From assembly GCA_003535775.1 (NCBI GenBank), contig DPYO01000052.1:1-46821 (forward strand): DNA of 46,821 nucleotides. The letters are read 5' to 3'. The translations under genes were made by a program, and so were the position numbers. This stretch comes from Fidelibacterota bacterium (GTDB lineage: Bacteria > Fidelibacterota > Marinisomatia > Marinisomatales > UBA8229). The notes under the pieces were generated by a model that worked only from the letters and a program-made list of their open reading frames with translations, was not told where the DNA came from and searched no databases. How positions within the stretch are numbered: position 1 is the first letter of the stretch; every line of letters starts with the position of its first letter. Shown in pieces: positions 45,807 to 46,821 of the stretch.

Positions 45807-45939
45807 AAATGGACAGTAAACTTAAGAAGTTTCCTTTCTGGATTAAATAAAAAAAGGTTCAACTGTACGGCCAATATTGGAATATTAACTGTAAACCCTT
45901 GCTGTGATAATATCAAAAAACTAGCGGAGGATGGCTCCT

Positions 45940-46821
45940 TCAGCTAAAACTATTAAAAACATCCATATATTTTATTCCACTACCAGTGATAAATAAGACA
46001 ATTTGTTCATCCTTCTGAATTTGTCCGTTTTCCAATAGATTTTCCAAAGCTGCAACAGTTGCCCCGGCTTCCGGAGCAGCAAATACTCCTTCGGTTTTTC
46101 CCAATGGAGTCACACCTTTAAGTAATGCATCATCGCTAACAGCGAGAGCATATCCATTACTATCACGAATCGATTGCAAAATAAGAAAGTCGCCTATCGC
46201 TGATGGAACACGAAGACCTGAAGCCACAGTATTGGCACCTTCAAAAGGTGGAGCATTATCTAATCCTTCATTAAAAGCACGAACTATGGGAGCACATCCT
46301 TCAGCCTGAACAGAAATTATTTTCGGTCGCTTTGAATCAATCCAACCCAATTCTTCCATTTCCTGAAATGCCTTCCACATTCCGATTATTCCCGTACCTC
46401 CACCTGTGGGATAAATAATTACATCAGGTAATTGCCAGTTCAGTTGTTCAGCAAGTTCATAACCCATTGTTTTTTTCCCTTCAACACGATAAGGCTCTTT
46501 CAATGTTGAAATATCAAACCATCCTTCTGCCTCTTTCCTTTTAGCAACAATTTTTCCACAATCACTGATTAATCCATCGATTTTTTCTACAATTGCTCCG
46601 TATTGTTCACACTCGATTTGGAATGCATCTGGAGTATCCTCAGGCATGAAAACATAGGCTTCCTGACCAGCTTTTGCAGCATAAGCAGCTGTAGCGCCCC
46701 CGGCATTTCCTGCTGTGGGGATGGCAATTTTTTTCACTCCCTTTTCTTTTGCCTGCGAGATAGCAGCGCTCATCCCACGGGCTTTAAATGAACCGGTTGG
46801 ATTAAGTGACTCGTCTTTGAG
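45940..46821 (-). CDS. thrC: threonine synthase (5' end outside the window)
   Basis: The frame stays open to the window edge: 'LKDESLNPTGSFKARGMSAAIS' carries the PLP-Lys motif. It also has 'IPTAGNAGGA', 'PTGGGTGIIG' and 'ITGSGIKY'. Confidence 0.8.
   Translation of the reverse strand, partial: LKDESLNPTGSFKARGMSAAISQAKEKGVKKIAIPTAGNAGGATAAYAAKAGQEAYVFMPEDTPDAFQIECEQYGAIVEKIDGLISDCGKIVAKRKEAEGWFDISTLKEPYRVEGKKTMGYELAEQLNWQLPDVIIYPTGGGTGIIGMWKAFQEMEELGWIDSKRPKIISVQAEGCAPIVRAFNEGLDNAPPFEGANTVASGLRVPSAIGDFLILQSIRDSNGYALAVSDDALLKGVTPLGKTEGVFAAPEAGATVAALENLLENGQIQKDEQIVLFITGSGIKYMDVFNSFS

Noticed and set aside
1-46821. CRISPR arrays, IS elements, integrases, prophage or defence islands
   Set aside because: No direct-repeat/spacer periodicity, terminal inverted repeats, or transposase/integrase/Cas-like ORFs were seen. 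The HNH protein at 13833..14378 is a small stand-alone housekeeping-type HNH with no partner genes.

Overview
AT-rich bacterial chromosomal segment carrying about 45 genes, almost all intact and tightly packed. The gene content (a DUF3098-type protein, a TonB receptor with a CarboxypepD_reg-type N-terminus, mostly weak Shine-Dalgarno sites) looks like the FCB superphylum, but the taxon cannot be fixed from sequence alone. Housekeeping genes: mltG, uvrD/pcrA, fur-feoAB, trpS, scpAB, a pseudouridine synthase, a cmk-rpsA fusion, tsaD, ugd-rfbCB, rlmN, PNP, ggt, and thrC with other PLP enzymes. RNA features: a truncated tRNA at the left edge, a cobalamin riboswitch with terminator ahead of a TonB-dependent receptor, and a 5S rRNA gene with no adjacent 23S. 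The most unusual locus is an 8.6-kb minus-strand operon (27488..36105): MoxR ATPase, DUF58, HEAT-repeat membrane protein, Rieske protein, cytochrome b, an enlarged subunit-IV-like protein, and a 1002-aa membrane-anchored octaheme cytochrome c with a coiled-coil stalk. In this operon the cytochrome b gene alone is broken by three separate +1 frame changes. They sum to 3 nt, and all heme-ligand histidines are kept. No CRISPR array, transposase, integrase or phage genes were seen.
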